A DNA stretch of 64,000 bases, taken from contig OZ024743.1 in NCBI GenBank assembly GCA_964016885.1, positions 180,606,001 through 180,670,000 on the forward strand, in the 5' to 3' direction. Source of the stretch: Eledone cirrhosa. Lineage: Eukaryota. A program made the translations under genes and the position numbers. This document shows, piece after piece, positions 63,108 through 64,000 of this stretch (within the stretch, counting starts at the first letter, position 1; each line of letters begins with the position of its first letter). A model generated the notes under the pieces. The model ran no database searches and had not been told where the DNA came from. It saw nothing but the letters and a program-made list of their open reading frames with translations.

Positions 63108-64000
63108 AAATTGAAACAAAATGAAAACGAAATTTCATTTCTCACACTTAGTATGGCACTTACTTAAATGTAAGTATGCATGTATACGTACATACATATA
63201 TGTATACAGACGTACAGTAGCACGCACATATATATATACATATATATATACATATGCATACAGGTACACATACATATATGCACGTATCAGTTTAGCGGCG
63301 CTTATTATAACGTCGCTTTGTTCGTTTGTAAACAAACTGAACAGCCTGAATTTATGCCATACGGTGTTAAGGCAACCACGTCACCTTTTTGTTCAACACT
63401 GACACAGGAACGATGTACTGAAATTTCGTTTTCATTTTGTTTCAATTTATCTTTTTCGGTAAGCCTGACCGATTTAACTCACTCAATATGCAAATTAGGC
63501 TGCTCAGCCGTTAATTTTCATAAGGAAAGTATATACTTTCGAACGTTCAACTATCTGGCAGATGGGTAAACGGTGCTGATGATAGCTAACAAGCTTGAAA
63601 CTAGTACATCGTTCCTGTGTCAGTGTTGAACAAAAAGGTGACGTGGTTGCCTTAACACCGTATGGCATAAATTCAGGCTGTTCAGTTTGTTTACAAACGA
63701 ACAAAGCGACGTTATAATAAGCGCCGCTAAACTGATACGTGCATATATGTATGTGTACCTGTATGCATATGTATATATATATGTATATATATATATGTGC
63801 GTGCTACTGTACGTCTGTATACATATATGTATGTACGTATACATGCATACTTACATTTAAGTAAGTGCCATACTAAGAGTGAGAAATAAAATTTCGTTTT
63901 CATTTTGTTTCAATTTATCGTTTTCGGTATGCCTGACCGATTTAACTCACTCAATATGCAAATTAGGCTGCTCAGCCGTTAATTTTCATAAGGAAAGTAT
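63108..64000 (+). mobile_element. HHR-bearing non-coding unit (468-bp period, distant relative of family A) with 5' inverted arm; cut by the window end
   Basis: 63108-63419 is the reverse complement of about 63603-63916; 63421-63532 repeats at 63889-64000. Confidence 0.85.
63569..63613 (+). ncRNA. Type I HHR
   Basis: aacggtg-CTGATGA-tagct-aaca-agctt-GAAAC-ta-GTA-catcgtt. Confidence 0.9.

Overview
AT-rich eukaryotic repeat window with no recognisable host gene. The tRNA-derived SINE and the (TA)n/(CA)n load resemble cephalopod (Octopus-like) DNA; that assignment is an inference. About 40% is (TA)n microsatellite, which accounts for nearly all the YI/CV-rich ORFs in the track. Retroelements are nested in these tracts: four APE-RT LINE copies from two families, four coding Penelope-like elements (PLEs: two Naiad-type, one Neptune-type with an open 715-aa ORF, one Penelope/Poseidon-type fragment), RTE fragments and SINEs. 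The main signal is a dense set of roughly 30 type I hammerhead-ribozyme (HHR) motifs, found by eye and of mixed quality, from more than 10 sequence families. Most lie in short (about 0.2-0.65 kb) non-coding, tandem or inverted retrozyme-like units inserted in (TA)n. Several have unusual features: 50-115 nt structured insertions in stem II, U3-A8 core covariants, palindromic stem III, and truncation or inversion breakpoints that recur inside the ribozyme. All folds and boundaries were read manually and need computational and biochemical confirmation.
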